Virus record (IMG/VR): IMGVR_UViG_3300017917_005385
Strand: one strand, 5' to 3'
From: an uncultured virus (IMG/VR IMGVR_UViG_3300017917_005385)
Lineage: Duplodnaviria; Heunggongvirae; Uroviricota; Caudoviricetes
Length of the DNA stretch: 64,000 nucleotides
Below are positions 10,024 to 18,783 of this stretch, in pieces. Position numbers and translations under genes: made by a program. A model generated the notes under the pieces. The model saw only the letters and a list, made by a program, of their open reading frames with translations. It did not search any database and was not told the DNA's origin. Positions within the stretch are counted from its first letter, which is position 1. Every line of letters begins with the position of its first letter.

Positions 10024-10097
10024 GGTGAATGTAGCTCAATCGGTAGAGCGTTGGTTTGTGGAGCCAAAGGCAGCGGGATCGTAACCCGTCATTCACC
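10024..10097 (+). tRNA. tRNA-His(GTG), G-1 encoded
   Basis: ttggt-ttGTGga-gccaa; C73. Confidence 0.88.
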
Positions 10098-10102
10098 CAA
10101 AA

Positions 10103-10174
10103 GGAGACTTAGCTGAGACGGTTTAGCGTCTGGTTGAAGCCCAGAAGAGGTCGGTTCGATTCCGGCAGTCTCCA
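10103..10174 (+). tRNA. tRNA-Phe(GAA)
   Basis: tctgg-ttGAAgc-ccaga. Confidence 0.85.
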
Positions 10175-10180
10175 CAAAAT

Positions 10181-10262
10181 ACAGGTACTCATTGGTGTGA
10201 CCAGCCGGTTCCAACCCGGTAATTCGTAAGAGTGGCTGTAGGTTCGAGTCCTACTACCTGTG
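10181..10262 (+). tRNA. atypical tRNA-Trp(CCA) with non-canonical D and variable regions
   Basis: acaggta/tacctgt acceptor; gccgg-ttCCAac-ccggt; canonical T arm. Confidence 0.6.
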
Positions 10263-10277
10263 CTAAAAGACAAACCT

Positions 10278-10348
10278 ACGGGTGTGGTGAAATGGTATCA
10301 TGACGGTCTCCAAAACCGTTGTTCTTGGTTCGAGTCCAGGCACCCGTG
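10278..10348 (+). tRNA. tRNA-Trp(CCA)
   Basis: acggt-ctCCAaa-accgt; G73. Confidence 0.88.
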
Positions 10349-10436
10349 CAAAATGATTAAGATGATGAAAACTAAGTTGAAATATAAACGCTAGGCAACG
10401 ACCAAATGAATACGGGTCGTTGCCATTAAAAACAAT

Positions 10437-10509
10437 GATTCCGTAGCTCAATTGGTGGAGCTTCCGGCTTTTAACCGGAAGGATGTGGGTTCGAGTCCCA
10501 CCGGGATCA
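10437..10509 (+). tRNA. tRNA-Lys(TTT)
   Basis: tccgg-ctTTTaa-ccgga. Confidence 0.9.
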
Positions 10510-10518
10510 CTAAATATT

Positions 10519-10605
10519 GATTCTGTCGCTTAGTGGCTATAGCAACTGGCTTTTAACCAGTAGAGATAATGTTCTCAACCGTGGGTTCGAGTCCCACCAG
10601 GATCA
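10519..10605 (+). tRNA. tRNA-Lys(TTT), long variable arm
   Basis: actgg-ctTTTaa-ccagt; gaga/tctc variable stem. Confidence 0.8.
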
Positions 10606-10611
10606 CAAAAC

Positions 10612-10695
10612 ACTCCTGTCGCTCAGAGGCCGAGAGCAACTGGCTTTTAACCAGTAGACGAAAGTCCATCGTAGGTTCGAATCCTACCAGGGGTA
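10612..10695 (+). tRNA. tRNA-Lys(TTT), long variable arm
   Basis: actgg-ctTTTaa-ccagt; gac-gaaa-gtc variable stem. Confidence 0.8.
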
Positions 10696-10700
10696 CAAAT

Positions 10701-10785
10701 GACTCCGTTTCCGTAGAGGCCGAACGGTTCTGACTCTTAATCAGATGACGAAAGTCCACCGTGGGTTCGAATCCCACCGGGGTCA
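10701..10785 (+). tRNA. tRNA-Lys(CTT), long variable arm
   Basis: tctga-ctCTTaa-tcaga; gac-gaaa-gtc variable stem. Confidence 0.8.
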
Positions 10786-10877
10786 CAAATTGAAACTAAA
10801 AACTAAAAAGTAATTTTTTAGATAATTTTATAGTTTTTAGTTTTAATATATACATGAAATAAAATATATTTTTGTGT

Positions 10878-11420
10878 ATGAAAGAAGAAATAATTAAACT
10901 AATAAATGAGGGTTTTACATATGATGATATTACTAAAAAATTAGGTTGTTCTAAAAGTACAATATCTTATCATTGTAATAAATTAAATTTAAAAAGTAAA
11001 AGTAAAAATATAGATGTAAATAGTGAACTTGTAAATAAAATTAACGAATTGTATAAATGTGGAAATAGCTCTTATACAATATCAAAAATTTTAGGAATTT
11101 CAAAAAGTACAGCTCTTAAATATATTAGTAAAGAAAATATAAGGACTAAGAAAAAAACTAAAACTAAAAAGGATAAGTCCGAATACATAATGAGATGGAA
11201 GAAAAATCTTAAAAAGAGTTTAGTTGAATACAAAGGATCTAAATGTGAAATTTGTGGATATGATAGATGTATAGAGGCTTTAGAATTTCATCACTCTGAT
11301 CCAAGTAAAAAGGATTTTTCAATATCTACAAAATTATTTGGAATTGAAAAAATGAAAAAAGAAGTAGATAAATGTTTACTGTTATGTTCTAATTGCCATA
11401 GAGAAAAACATTATTTATAA
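10878..11420 (+). CDS. HNH homing endonuclease with N-terminal HTH repeats
   Basis: CEICGY...LEFHH...LLCSNCHREKH; two HTH-like segments; lies within the tRNA region. Confidence 0.85.
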   Translation: MKEEIIKLINEGFTYDDITKKLGCSKSTISYHCNKLNLKSKSKNIDVNSELVNKINELYKCGNSSYTISKILGISKSTALKYISKENIRTKKKTKTKKDKSEYIMRWKKNLKKSLVEYKGSKCEICGYDRCIEALEFHHSDPSKKDFSISTKLFGIEKMKKEVDKCLLLCSNCHREKHYL

Positions 11421-11428
11421 TAAAATTA

Positions 11429-11558
11429 GGGGATGTAGCTCAGTGGTAGAGTTTAAAATATCTCTTTTGAGGTTTTACCTTGAAAAAGTGTTGATTAAAA
11501 GAGTTACTTCGTTTGAATTGAAATCAAAAGGTCGTTGGTTCGAATCCAACCATCCCCG
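11429..11558 (+). ncRNA. tRNA-like RNA with a long stem inserted between the D arm and anticodon arm
   Basis: ggggatg/catcccc acceptor, canonical D and T arms, insert pairing ctcttttga/ttaaaagag followed by TTACTTCG. Confidence 0.6.
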
Positions 11559-11639
11559 CTAAAAAAATATTTGTAAATCTCAGAAAAAAGATTTACTTTT
11601 GTAGAAACAAAGAATAAAAAATTAATATATAATAAAGTT

Positions 11640-11717
11640 ATGAAAACAATTATGCTTACATCGAAGTCGTCAAGTAGTCGCTCGTCAAAAACGAGTGAGG
11701 TTCGATCGTATTCATAA
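11640..11717 (+). CDS. leader peptide 2 (Ser/Arg-CGN): MKTIMLTSKSSSSRSSKTSEVRSYS
   Basis: 10 of 25 codons are Ser; Arg codons CGC and CGA; followed by a terminator and Arg-ACG plus four Ser tRNAs. Confidence 0.85.
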   Translation: MKTIMLTSKSSSSRSSKTSEVRSYS

Positions 11718-11742
11718 TAGTCGTATAAATAAGATATTATGT

Positions 11743-11780
11743 AAACCCTTCGAACCAAAAGTTTGAAGGGTTTTTTGTTT
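11743..11780 (+). terminator. attenuator terminator 2
   Basis: AAACCCTTCGAAC/GTTTGAAGGGTTT plus U tract; leader GGTTCGA (11699-11705) complements TCGAACC. Confidence 0.88.
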
Positions 11781-11785
11781 TATAT

Positions 11786-11858
11786 GGTTCCATCGTCCAA
11801 TTGGACAGGACACTCCGCTACGAACGGAGAAATGAGGGTTCGAATCCTTCTGGAACTA
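11786..11858 (+). tRNA. tRNA-Arg(ACG)
   Basis: ctccg-ctACGaa-cggag. Confidence 0.9.
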
Positions 11859-11863
11859 CAAAT

Positions 11864-11947
11864 GGAGAAGTAATTTGGCCGGCGCCAAACACAGTCTTGA
11901 AAACTGCTGGTACCTTCGGGTATGGGGATCGACACCTCACTTCTCCG
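11864..11947 (+). tRNA. tRNA-Ser(TGA)
   Basis: ctTGAaa loop; long variable arm; G73. Confidence 0.8.
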
Positions 11948-11952
11948 CAACC

Positions 11953-12035
11953 GGAAGGAGTCCGAATGGACGAGGACACCGCCTTGAAAGCGGCTGGGTC
12001 GAAAGGCTTTGGGGGTTCGATTCCCTCTTCTTCCG
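11953..12035 (+). tRNA. tRNA-Ser(TGA)
   Basis: ccgc-ctTGAaa-gcgg; long variable arm; G73. Confidence 0.85.
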
Positions 12036-12040
12036 CAACT

Positions 12041-12126
12041 GGAGAGTAAACTAGTCAGGGTACTAGCACCGCCTGCTAAGCGAGTGGCACGGTAAAACGT
12101 GTGAGTTTCGAATACTCTGCTCTCCG
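12041..12126 (+). tRNA. tRNA-Ser(GCT)
   Basis: cgc-ctGCTaa-gcg; long variable arm; G73. Confidence 0.8.
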
Positions 12127-12133
12127 CTAAATT

Positions 12134-12219
12134 GGAGAATAAACTGATGAGGTCATCAGCCACGCCTGGAAAGCGTCGGGTACGTTCAATCGTATGGGTT
12201 TCGAGTACTCTGTTCTCCG
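12134..12219 (+). tRNA. tRNA-Ser(GGA)
   Basis: acgc-ctGGAaa-gcgt; long variable arm; G73. Confidence 0.8.
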
Positions 12220-12237
12220 CAACAAATAATAAATAAT

Positions 12238-12546
12238 ATGGAAGCAATTTACACAAGATTCTCAAGAAGAGAGACATCGTTTGAAAACACATTAATTCTT
12301 TTACAAGAATTGTTAAATGAAAGATTGTTACCAGATTACAAAAGAATTTGGGTTCAAGCTTCTAATTCCGGTAGAACAAGATTCTGCTTTACTATATTTC
12401 CTAATACAGGACAATATACTATGAGATTCCTAGATGCTGGCTCTTTTAGACAATTCAGAACAGATGGTAATTTAGAGGAAGAAATAGACTTAATAGAGAG
12501 GTTTATAGATTCTTTAAGATCTAATACACTAAATGGTGTTATATAA
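12238..12546 (+). CDS. hypothetical protein
   Basis: ORF after the Ser array, ending at a terminator. Confidence 0.6.
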   Translation: MEAIYTRFSRRETSFENTLILLQELLNERLLPDYKRIWVQASNSGRTRFCFTIFPNTGQYTMRFLDAGSFRQFRTDGNLEEEIDLIERFIDSLRSNTLNGVI

Positions 12547-12572
12547 AAAAGAGGCATTTGCCTCTTTTTTTT
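12545..12572. terminator. bidirectional intrinsic terminator
   Basis: AAAAAAGAGGC-attt-GCCTCTTTTTT between convergent genes. Confidence 0.8.
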
Positions 12573-14223
12573 AATATACTTTTCTTAAAACAAACATAGT
12601 GGAATATATTATGTTACTTGTACTTGCTGTGTTCCACTCTGCTGTGATACTTAATGTATTAGATATTGTTGTATCAAATGTTGTACTATTTATAGTACTA
12701 AAATCAGAACCCTCAAGTGTTACACCTGAGTCCTTAATATAAGTAAATGCACCTGAAGATGCTATAACTGCTATACCAGCCGGACCTACATTTCTTATTG
12801 TAAATAAAACCTCGACATTCCAGTTTCTATCTGTTGATGTATCTAAGTCTATAGCTCCCGTATCTGCAAATAAAACACCAGCGATTGTTTTTATTCTAAT
12901 AGTAAGAGTAGCTGTACCTAAACATGATATTTTACCAGCCATTCTCAAGAAATAACTATCACCTATAGCAAAATTATTTGCCGGAACTGTATAAGCCCCA
13001 ACTCCTGTACCAATTAAACTTGTTTCAACTACTGTGTTTGTTATGGTATTTCCATTTGATGTTTGAGCAAATAATCCAACTGGTGGTGTTGATCCTGATG
13101 TACCTGATGAACCGGATGTTCCACTTGTTCCTGATGAACCGCTAGTTCCTGATGAACCGCTAGTTCCTGATGAACCTGATGAACCATCAGCTCCAAAAAG
13201 TGAATAACTAATTGAATATGTTTTTGTATCTTGATAATTACCTACTGAACCAGATATAAATGAAACATTTAGTTGAATATATGTTGTGTTATCGACCGAT
13301 GAAGTAACAGAATATAAGCCAAAACGAGATGTATCTTCAATATCTGTTATTTTTATATGAGCCTTTGAGTTATAAGAATTTACATAATCATTAAGAGATA
13401 ACAACCAATTATATACATTTGTTGAATTTAAATCATTTATATTAATATAAATTACTGTAGATGAATTTATAACTGGAGTATCTGTGTCAAATCCTTGACT
13501 TGAAGAACCCACACTACCTAACGAATATATCCATCTTAAACTATTAGACCCATCTAAACCACTAGATCCTTGAGATCCTTGAGCACCACTTGTACCAGAA
13601 GATCCAGATGTACCACTAGACCCTGAAGTACCAGAAGATCCAGCCGAACCAACAGTACCTGATGTTATCCATCCTATAGAATAACTACTACCACTGGTTA
13701 CTGAACCATTATATGATATCATCGTACAACTAAAATCCCAGAAAGTTCCTAGGTCATTAGAAGTCATTACTTGAAATATAGCGTAATTGTTAGGTGAACC
13801 AGCCTCTGATATTTGTAAATATCCTTGTCCTGAATATAGTGATATATAAGTACCTAATGATGATAACCAGTTCTGAGCATTACCATTTGCTGATGTATAG
13901 TTTATTTTGACATTATTAGAGGGTGATGATAAAGGTCCTGTTAAACTAAACTGACCATTTACTGTTTCAAGTCCATTTACCCATCTTAAATTATTAGATC
14001 CATCTGCACCTTGTGCACCATTAACACCTGAAGTTCCACTGGATCCTGAAGTTCCACTTGATCCACTTGATCCTGTTCCTGCACCTGAACCTACTTCAGA
14101 TACGGTTCCTGTGTCTGTTTTTATTCTAAGTTTTCCATCTAGGTCTAGTGCTAATAAAATACCAGATGATGGAGTTGGTGCTCCTGTAACATCGATATAT
14201 GTCGAAAATAAAATTGAACTCAT
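12571..14223 (-). CDS. Gly/Ser/Thr repeat (GSSGTS) protein, probable tail fibre or virion surface protein
   Basis: Three blocks of G-x-x repeats; two related internal domains begin DGSNxLRW. Confidence 0.7.
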   Translation of the reverse strand: MSSILFSTYIDVTGAPTPSSGILLALDLDGKLRIKTDTGTVSEVGSGAGTGSSGSSGTSGSSGTSGVNGAQGADGSNNLRWVNGLETVNGQFSLTGPLSSPSNNVKINYTSANGNAQNWLSSLGTYISLYSGQGYLQISEAGSPNNYAIFQVMTSNDLGTFWDFSCTMISYNGSVTSGSSYSIGWITSGTVGSAGSSGTSGSSGTSGSSGTSGAQGSQGSSGLDGSNSLRWIYSLGSVGSSSQGFDTDTPVINSSTVIYININDLNSTNVYNWLLSLNDYVNSYNSKAHIKITDIEDTSRFGLYSVTSSVDNTTYIQLNVSFISGSVGNYQDTKTYSISYSLFGADGSSGSSGTSGSSGTSGSSGTSGTSGSSGTSGSTPPVGLFAQTSNGNTITNTVVETSLIGTGVGAYTVPANNFAIGDSYFLRMAGKISCLGTATLTIRIKTIAGVLFADTGAIDLDTSTDRNWNVEVLFTIRNVGPAGIAVIASSGAFTYIKDSGVTLEGSDFSTINSTTFDTTISNTLSITAEWNTASTSNIIYSTMFVLRKVY

Positions 14224-14303
14224 CTATATTGGTTTATTTTTAATAATCTATATATTTATTTTGATAAATGCCATTTATTTTTTATTTTTGTTAAAATTTT
14301 AAT

Positions 14304-14696
14304 ATGGGACATTGTATATCAATATATCTAATGAATAAGTCAGAATTAAGAGATCATAAAATTAATTCTGTGCTAGAAGACAAGAATTCTAAAGAAATAA
14401 AATGGGTTGAGCTTGATTCAGGTGTAGTAGCAACAACTCACATTCCAAACATCAGAGACTACGGAAAAGACAAAACAATTGCTAAAATATCAACCGATTA
14501 TTTTGGTGGTGCCGGACACCAAGAAGCAAAACTATTTATTAATAACAAAAAAGAATACGACCAATCAAGTGAGTTTGATTGGTCTACTAGACCTATTAAT
14601 GATGTTTTAAAATTAATGGGTATTAATAAAAAAGACGGAATGGATGAATTTGATACCATTGGTCTAAGTAGGTATCGTTCAAATGGAGACTTTTAA
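14304..14696 (+). CDS. hypothetical protein
   Basis: ORF; internal RDHKINSVL motif; TDYFGG motif. Confidence 0.65.
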   Translation: MGHCISIYLMNKSELRDHKINSVLEDKNSKEIKWVELDSGVVATTHIPNIRDYGKDKTIAKISTDYFGGAGHQEAKLFINNKKEYDQSSEFDWSTRPINDVLKLMGINKKDGMDEFDTIGLSRYRSNGDF

Positions 14697-14877
14697 TATG
14701 AGTGAGTCAAAGATTATAAAACTAATATTAGTAATTTCTATGCTTTCTTTAGCTTTTTTTACAGGCAAAGAATGTATCTTATCTACATTAATATACTATA
14801 AGATACTAATGGGATCATTCTTCTTATTTTTTATATACGAAGCAATGAGAATTTATTCAATAAAAACAAAATAATAT

Positions 14878-15948
14878 ATGAAGATAAACGAAAAATTTCT
14901 AGAAAGCTATTTAAATAGCAATTCACCAACCGGTTTTGAGTATGAACTAGGTGGTCAAAAAGTTTGGATGGATTATATCTCCAAGTTTGTAAACAAGGTA
15001 GACATTGATAACTATGGCACTGCATATGGTGTTATGGGTAATATGAACTCTGATTTCAAAGTGGTAATTGAAGCACACTCTGATGAAATCTCTTGGTTTG
15101 TAAATCACATTGATTCAAATGGCTACATTAAAGTAATTAAAAACGGTGGTTCTGATGCTCAGATTGCTCCTTCAATGAGAGTAACACTTTGGGGTGAAAA
15201 AGGACCAGTAGATGGTATCTTTGGTCATCCAGCAATTCACATTCACTATCGTAAAGATAAAGTAGACTTAGATTCTATTTTTATTGATGTTGGTGCTGCT
15301 AATAAAGATGAAGTAATTGAAATAGGTATTAAAGTAGGAACTGTAGTTACTTTCAAAGATGGTTTTATGAAGTTGAATAAAAACTACTACACTGGTCGTG
15401 CTTTAGATAACCGTATTGGTGGTTTTATGATTGCTGAAGTTGCTCGTAGATTAAAAGAAAAAGGCAAAGAACTTCCTTATCAATTGTATATTGTTAACTC
15501 AGTTCAAGAAGAAATTGGTCTTCGTGGTGCTGAAATGATTGCTCAAACAATTAAACCAAATGTGGCAATTATTACTGATGTTTGTCATGAAACATCTGCT
15601 CCTTGTTACACTGCTTCTAAAGAAGGTGAATCGGTTGCTGGTCAAGGTGGTGTTATTACAAGAGCTCCGGCCGTTCATAATAAACTAAGAAAGTTAGTAC
15701 TTGATGTTGCTAATGATAAAGAAATTCCTTTTCAATTGTCGGCTTCTTCTCGTTCAACAGGAACAGACACAGAATCATTTGCTTATTCAAATGGTGGTGT
15801 TCCTTCGGTTTTGGTTTCACTTCCTTTGAAGTATATGCACACAACTTGTGAAACTTGTCATAAAGACGATGTTGAAAATGTTATTAAGTTAATCTATCAC
15901 ACACTCTTGAGTATACAAGAAAATCATAATTTTAAGTATAACTCTTAA
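14878..15948 (+). CDS. M42 family metallo-aminopeptidase
   Basis: SPTGFE, AHSDEI, ALDNRIG, QEEIGLRGA, GTD, YMHT motifs. Confidence 0.92.
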   Translation: MKINEKFLESYLNSNSPTGFEYELGGQKVWMDYISKFVNKVDIDNYGTAYGVMGNMNSDFKVVIEAHSDEISWFVNHIDSNGYIKVIKNGGSDAQIAPSMRVTLWGEKGPVDGIFGHPAIHIHYRKDKVDLDSIFIDVGAANKDEVIEIGIKVGTVVTFKDGFMKLNKNYYTGRALDNRIGGFMIAEVARRLKEKGKELPYQLYIVNSVQEEIGLRGAEMIAQTIKPNVAIITDVCHETSAPCYTASKEGESVAGQGGVITRAPAVHNKLRKLVLDVANDKEIPFQLSASSRSTGTDTESFAYSNGGVPSVLVSLPLKYMHTTCETCHKDDVENVIKLIYHTLLSIQENHNFKYNS

Positions 15949-15981
15949 AAAGAAAACCCACTCATTTGAGTGGGTTTTTTA

Positions 15982-16344
15982 TTAATATTTAGGTATTTTC
16001 ATATCTGTTGTTATTTCAATTTTGAAATTGAAACCAGTATCATCATCTGTACTATATTTAACTTCAGAGTCATAGTCACCACCAAATGTTGTTGGTTTTG
16101 GTCCATACATTCTAGCTCTTCTTCTTTCTTCTTCATCTCTTAATTTGGCTTCATGTTTAGCAACCAACTCTTCAAATGTTAAGTTCATATCAGGATTCTC
16201 AACAGGTTGTTCTCCTCTTGTTGAGAATTGTTGAGGTTGATGTCCGTACTTTCTAAGAAGTTGTTCAGCTTCCCAACTATCGATATTAGCTGGTTGTGTT
16301 GTTTCTTCTTGATTCTGTATAATTCTTACTTCTGGTCTATTCAT
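15982..16344 (-). CDS. hypothetical protein
   Basis: ORF ending at the shared hairpin terminator 15954-15980. Confidence 0.65.
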   Translation of the reverse strand: MNRPEVRIIQNQEETTQPANIDSWEAEQLLRKYGHQPQQFSTRGEQPVENPDMNLTFEELVAKHEAKLRDEEERRRARMYGPKPTTFGGDYDSEVKYSTDDDTGFNFKIEITTDMKIPKY

Positions 16345-16348
16345 AAGA

Positions 16349-16780
16349 TTAGTTTATTTTATCTAAATATATTTCATTTCCATATCTATCTAATTCCCAA
16401 CCTTCTATTGGATTATTTTTTAGATATCTGTAATATATTTTGGTTCTTTTTGTTATTGGTTCACTTTCAGTTCCTTTACCAAGACCCTTAATTGTAATCA
16501 TTTCACACCAAGGATTTTTCTGAATAAAGTCAGGTATAATTAAACCAAAGATAGTTTTTAACAATCTATATATGTTTGTTTGTACAATATCAAAAGTCCA
16601 ATCTGAACCACTTTTAACACGATAAAGTATTTCTACTTCGCCTTGAGGTTTTCTGTCTATTTCAACTCTAAATTCATTTTGACCATCTGAAAAAAAATAG
16701 TAATAGGTAGCCTCTTGTAGACCACCATATTCAAATGAATAAGACTCAACAAATTCAAATATTTGTTTTATAAACTTCAT
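16349..16780 (-). CDS. hypothetical protein (MKFIKQIFEF N-terminus)
   Basis: ORF with AATATATA upstream. Confidence 0.65.
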   Translation of the reverse strand: MKFIKQIFEFVESYSFEYGGLQEATYYYFFSDGQNEFRVEIDRKPQGEVEILYRVKSGSDWTFDIVQTNIYRLLKTIFGLIIPDFIQKNPWCEMITIKGLGKGTESEPITKRTKIYYRYLKNNPIEGWELDRYGNEIYLDKIN

Positions 16781-16844
16781 ATCATATATATTAATAAACT
16801 TAGTTGATAATAGTAATATAATAATAAAAAAAACAAAGTTATAA

Positions 16845-17474
16845 ATGGCAAATGGTGTCTATAAAATAACAGAAGACTTTGAAAAAGCTTTGTCCGATTA
16901 TACAGGTGCTCCCTATGTAGTAACAGTTGACAATCAAAGTAATGCACTTTTTCTTGCTCTAATGTATGAAAAAGTATGCGGTATGGAAATTACTATACCA
17001 TCAAGAACTTATCCTTCAGTTCCTTGTGAAATTATTCATGCTGGGGCAAAAGTAAAATTTGAACCAGTTGAAGGAAAAACAATTAAAGGCGCTTATCAGT
17101 TATCACCAACAAATGTTTGGGACTCTGCTTTAAGTTTTACTGCTGATATGTATAAACCGGGAACTCATATGTGTATATCATTTACTGGGCCTTACAAGCA
17201 CTTTAAATTGAGTAAAGGCGGTGCTATTCTTACTGATAGTCTAGAAGCATATCATTGGTTCAAAAGAGCAAGATATTCTGGTAGAAGAGAATGTTCATAT
17301 CACGATGATCATTTTGATATGTTAGGTTGGAACTTTTATATGATGCCAGAATTGGCAACAAGAGGTTTATTATTAATGAATCAGTTTTATAATACGGATG
17401 GTACTAAAAAACACAATGATGATTTAGAGTTACCATATCCTGATTTATCAAAATTTGAAATTTATACAAAGTGA
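16845..17474 (+). CDS. short DegT/DnrJ/EryC1/StrS-like PLP-dependent aminotransferase
   Basis: FEKALSDYTGA..VVTVDN.SNALFLAL, DSA, SFTGPYKH...GGAILTD, GWNFYM. Confidence 0.8.
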   Translation: MANGVYKITEDFEKALSDYTGAPYVVTVDNQSNALFLALMYEKVCGMEITIPSRTYPSVPCEIIHAGAKVKFEPVEGKTIKGAYQLSPTNVWDSALSFTADMYKPGTHMCISFTGPYKHFKLSKGGAILTDSLEAYHWFKRARYSGRRECSYHDDHFDMLGWNFYMMPELATRGLLLMNQFYNTDGTKKHNDDLELPYPDLSKFEIYTK

Positions 17475-18058
17475 TAAAAGCATTAATTGGTAATGGTGGA
17501 CATGCTCGTGAGGTTATGTCACAAATGGGTATTGAATTAACGAGATTTGTAGATGATGAATATTGGATTAAAGGTGATAGTAAATTACTACCATTATCTA
17601 AGTTTAATCCAGAAAAATATGCTATTATGATAGCAATTGGTGATTCTAAAGATAGATTTGAAATGTCTAAAAAACTACCAAAAGAAACCATTTATTTCTC
17701 ATTTGTACATCCAACTGCTTTAATAATGGATTCTAAAATAGAAATAGGTGATGGATCTTTTATTGGTGCTTATTCTATTCTAACAAATAATATAAAAATT
17801 GGAAATCATGCTATACTAAATAGAGGTAATCATATAGGTCACGATTGTAAAATTGGTGATTATTTTAGTATGATGCCTGGTTCTATAGTTTCTGGTAATG
17901 TTAATATAGGAGATAGAGTTTATTTAGGAACGAATTCATCTATAAGAGAAAAAATAAACATATGTGATGATGTTATAATTGGATTAAATTCTGGTGTAAC
18001 TAAAAACATAAATGAGACCGGTACATATTTCGGACAAAAAACGACAAAACATAAATGA
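17471..18058 (+). CDS. NeuD/PglD-family sugar acetyltransferase
   Basis: GNGGHAREV, AIGD, hexapeptide repeats, HDC. Confidence 0.88.
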   Translation: MIKALIGNGGHAREVMSQMGIELTRFVDDEYWIKGDSKLLPLSKFNPEKYAIMIAIGDSKDRFEMSKKLPKETIYFSFVHPTALIMDSKIEIGDGSFIGAYSILTNNIKIGNHAILNRGNHIGHDCKIGDYFSMMPGSIVSGNVNIGDRVYLGTNSSIREKINICDDVIIGLNSGVTKNINETGTYFGQKTTKHK

Positions 18059-18768
18059 AAGTTGCTTTAATTCTATCTGGTCAATTTAGAAATGCTAGAG
18101 AGTGCTATAGTTCAATTAAAAGTAATATTCTTGATGTGTATTCGCCAGATGTATTTATCAGTAGTTGGTTAAATCCAAAAAGTATAACACCATCTGGATG
18201 GTTTGGTAATACTCCAAATGATGATTGTACAATAAATGATATAATAGAAATGTATAATCCAATCTCTATTGATATGGAAACATTCGATAATGATGTAAAT
18301 AAACCTTTTAAGAATATATCTGATAAGCTTGACTCTATTTTACCTGAAAATACAGAAACTAAAACGATTAATGTAGTTTCTATGCACTATAAAAGATATA
18401 GAGCTAATCAGTTAAAGAAAAACTATGAGAATCTTAATAGTTTTAAGTATGATATAGTAATTAATTCAAGATTTGATTTAGAATTTTTGGAAAAATTAAA
18501 TATAGAAGATAATAATAATGTAAACATACCAATTGGATTTGATTGGGCAAATGGTATTTCAGATCTTTTTGCATATGGTAAATCTGACATAATGGATGAA
18601 TATTTTAATCTTTTTAATATGTTTGAATTTTATAGATTAAATAAAAACATACACTATGCTCCAGAATATACTTTAAAGTATCATCTTGATCATCAAAAAT
18701 TAAATGTTTCAAGGTTTTTACTTCACTATAAATTAAGAGGTATTAATATATGGGAAGTTCCCAATTAA
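18055..18768 (+). CDS. putative glycan-modification protein
   Basis: KVALILSGQFR...YDIVINSRFD...DLFAYG pattern seen in glycosylation-cluster proteins. Confidence 0.55.
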   Translation: MKVALILSGQFRNARECYSSIKSNILDVYSPDVFISSWLNPKSITPSGWFGNTPNDDCTINDIIEMYNPISIDMETFDNDVNKPFKNISDKLDSILPENTETKTINVVSMHYKRYRANQLKKNYENLNSFKYDIVINSRFDLEFLEKLNIEDNNNVNIPIGFDWANGISDLFAYGKSDIMDEYFNLFNMFEFYRLNKNIHYAPEYTLKYHLDHQKLNVSRFLLHYKLRGINIWEVPN

Positions 18769-18783
18769 AAAAAAATAAAAAGT

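Noticed and set aside
11446..11512. Group I or II intron in the tRNA-like gene at 11429
   Set aside because: The insert is only about 60 nt and lacks catalytic core motifs.
10263..12292. ORF-track entries overlapping tRNA arrays (e.g. 10263-10451, 10553-10786, 11780-12292, 11801-12049; likewise near 24.8-26.2 kb, 34.3-35.5 kb and 44-45.6 kb)
   Set aside because: Shadow ORFs from GC-rich tRNA sequence; GFEP/GSNP-like peptides are translated T-arms.
13090..14080. Tandem DNA repeats (e.g. GATGAACCGCTAGTTCCT) as a separate repeat element
   Set aside because: They encode the GSSGTS peptide repeats of ORF 12571-14223 with synonymous variation.
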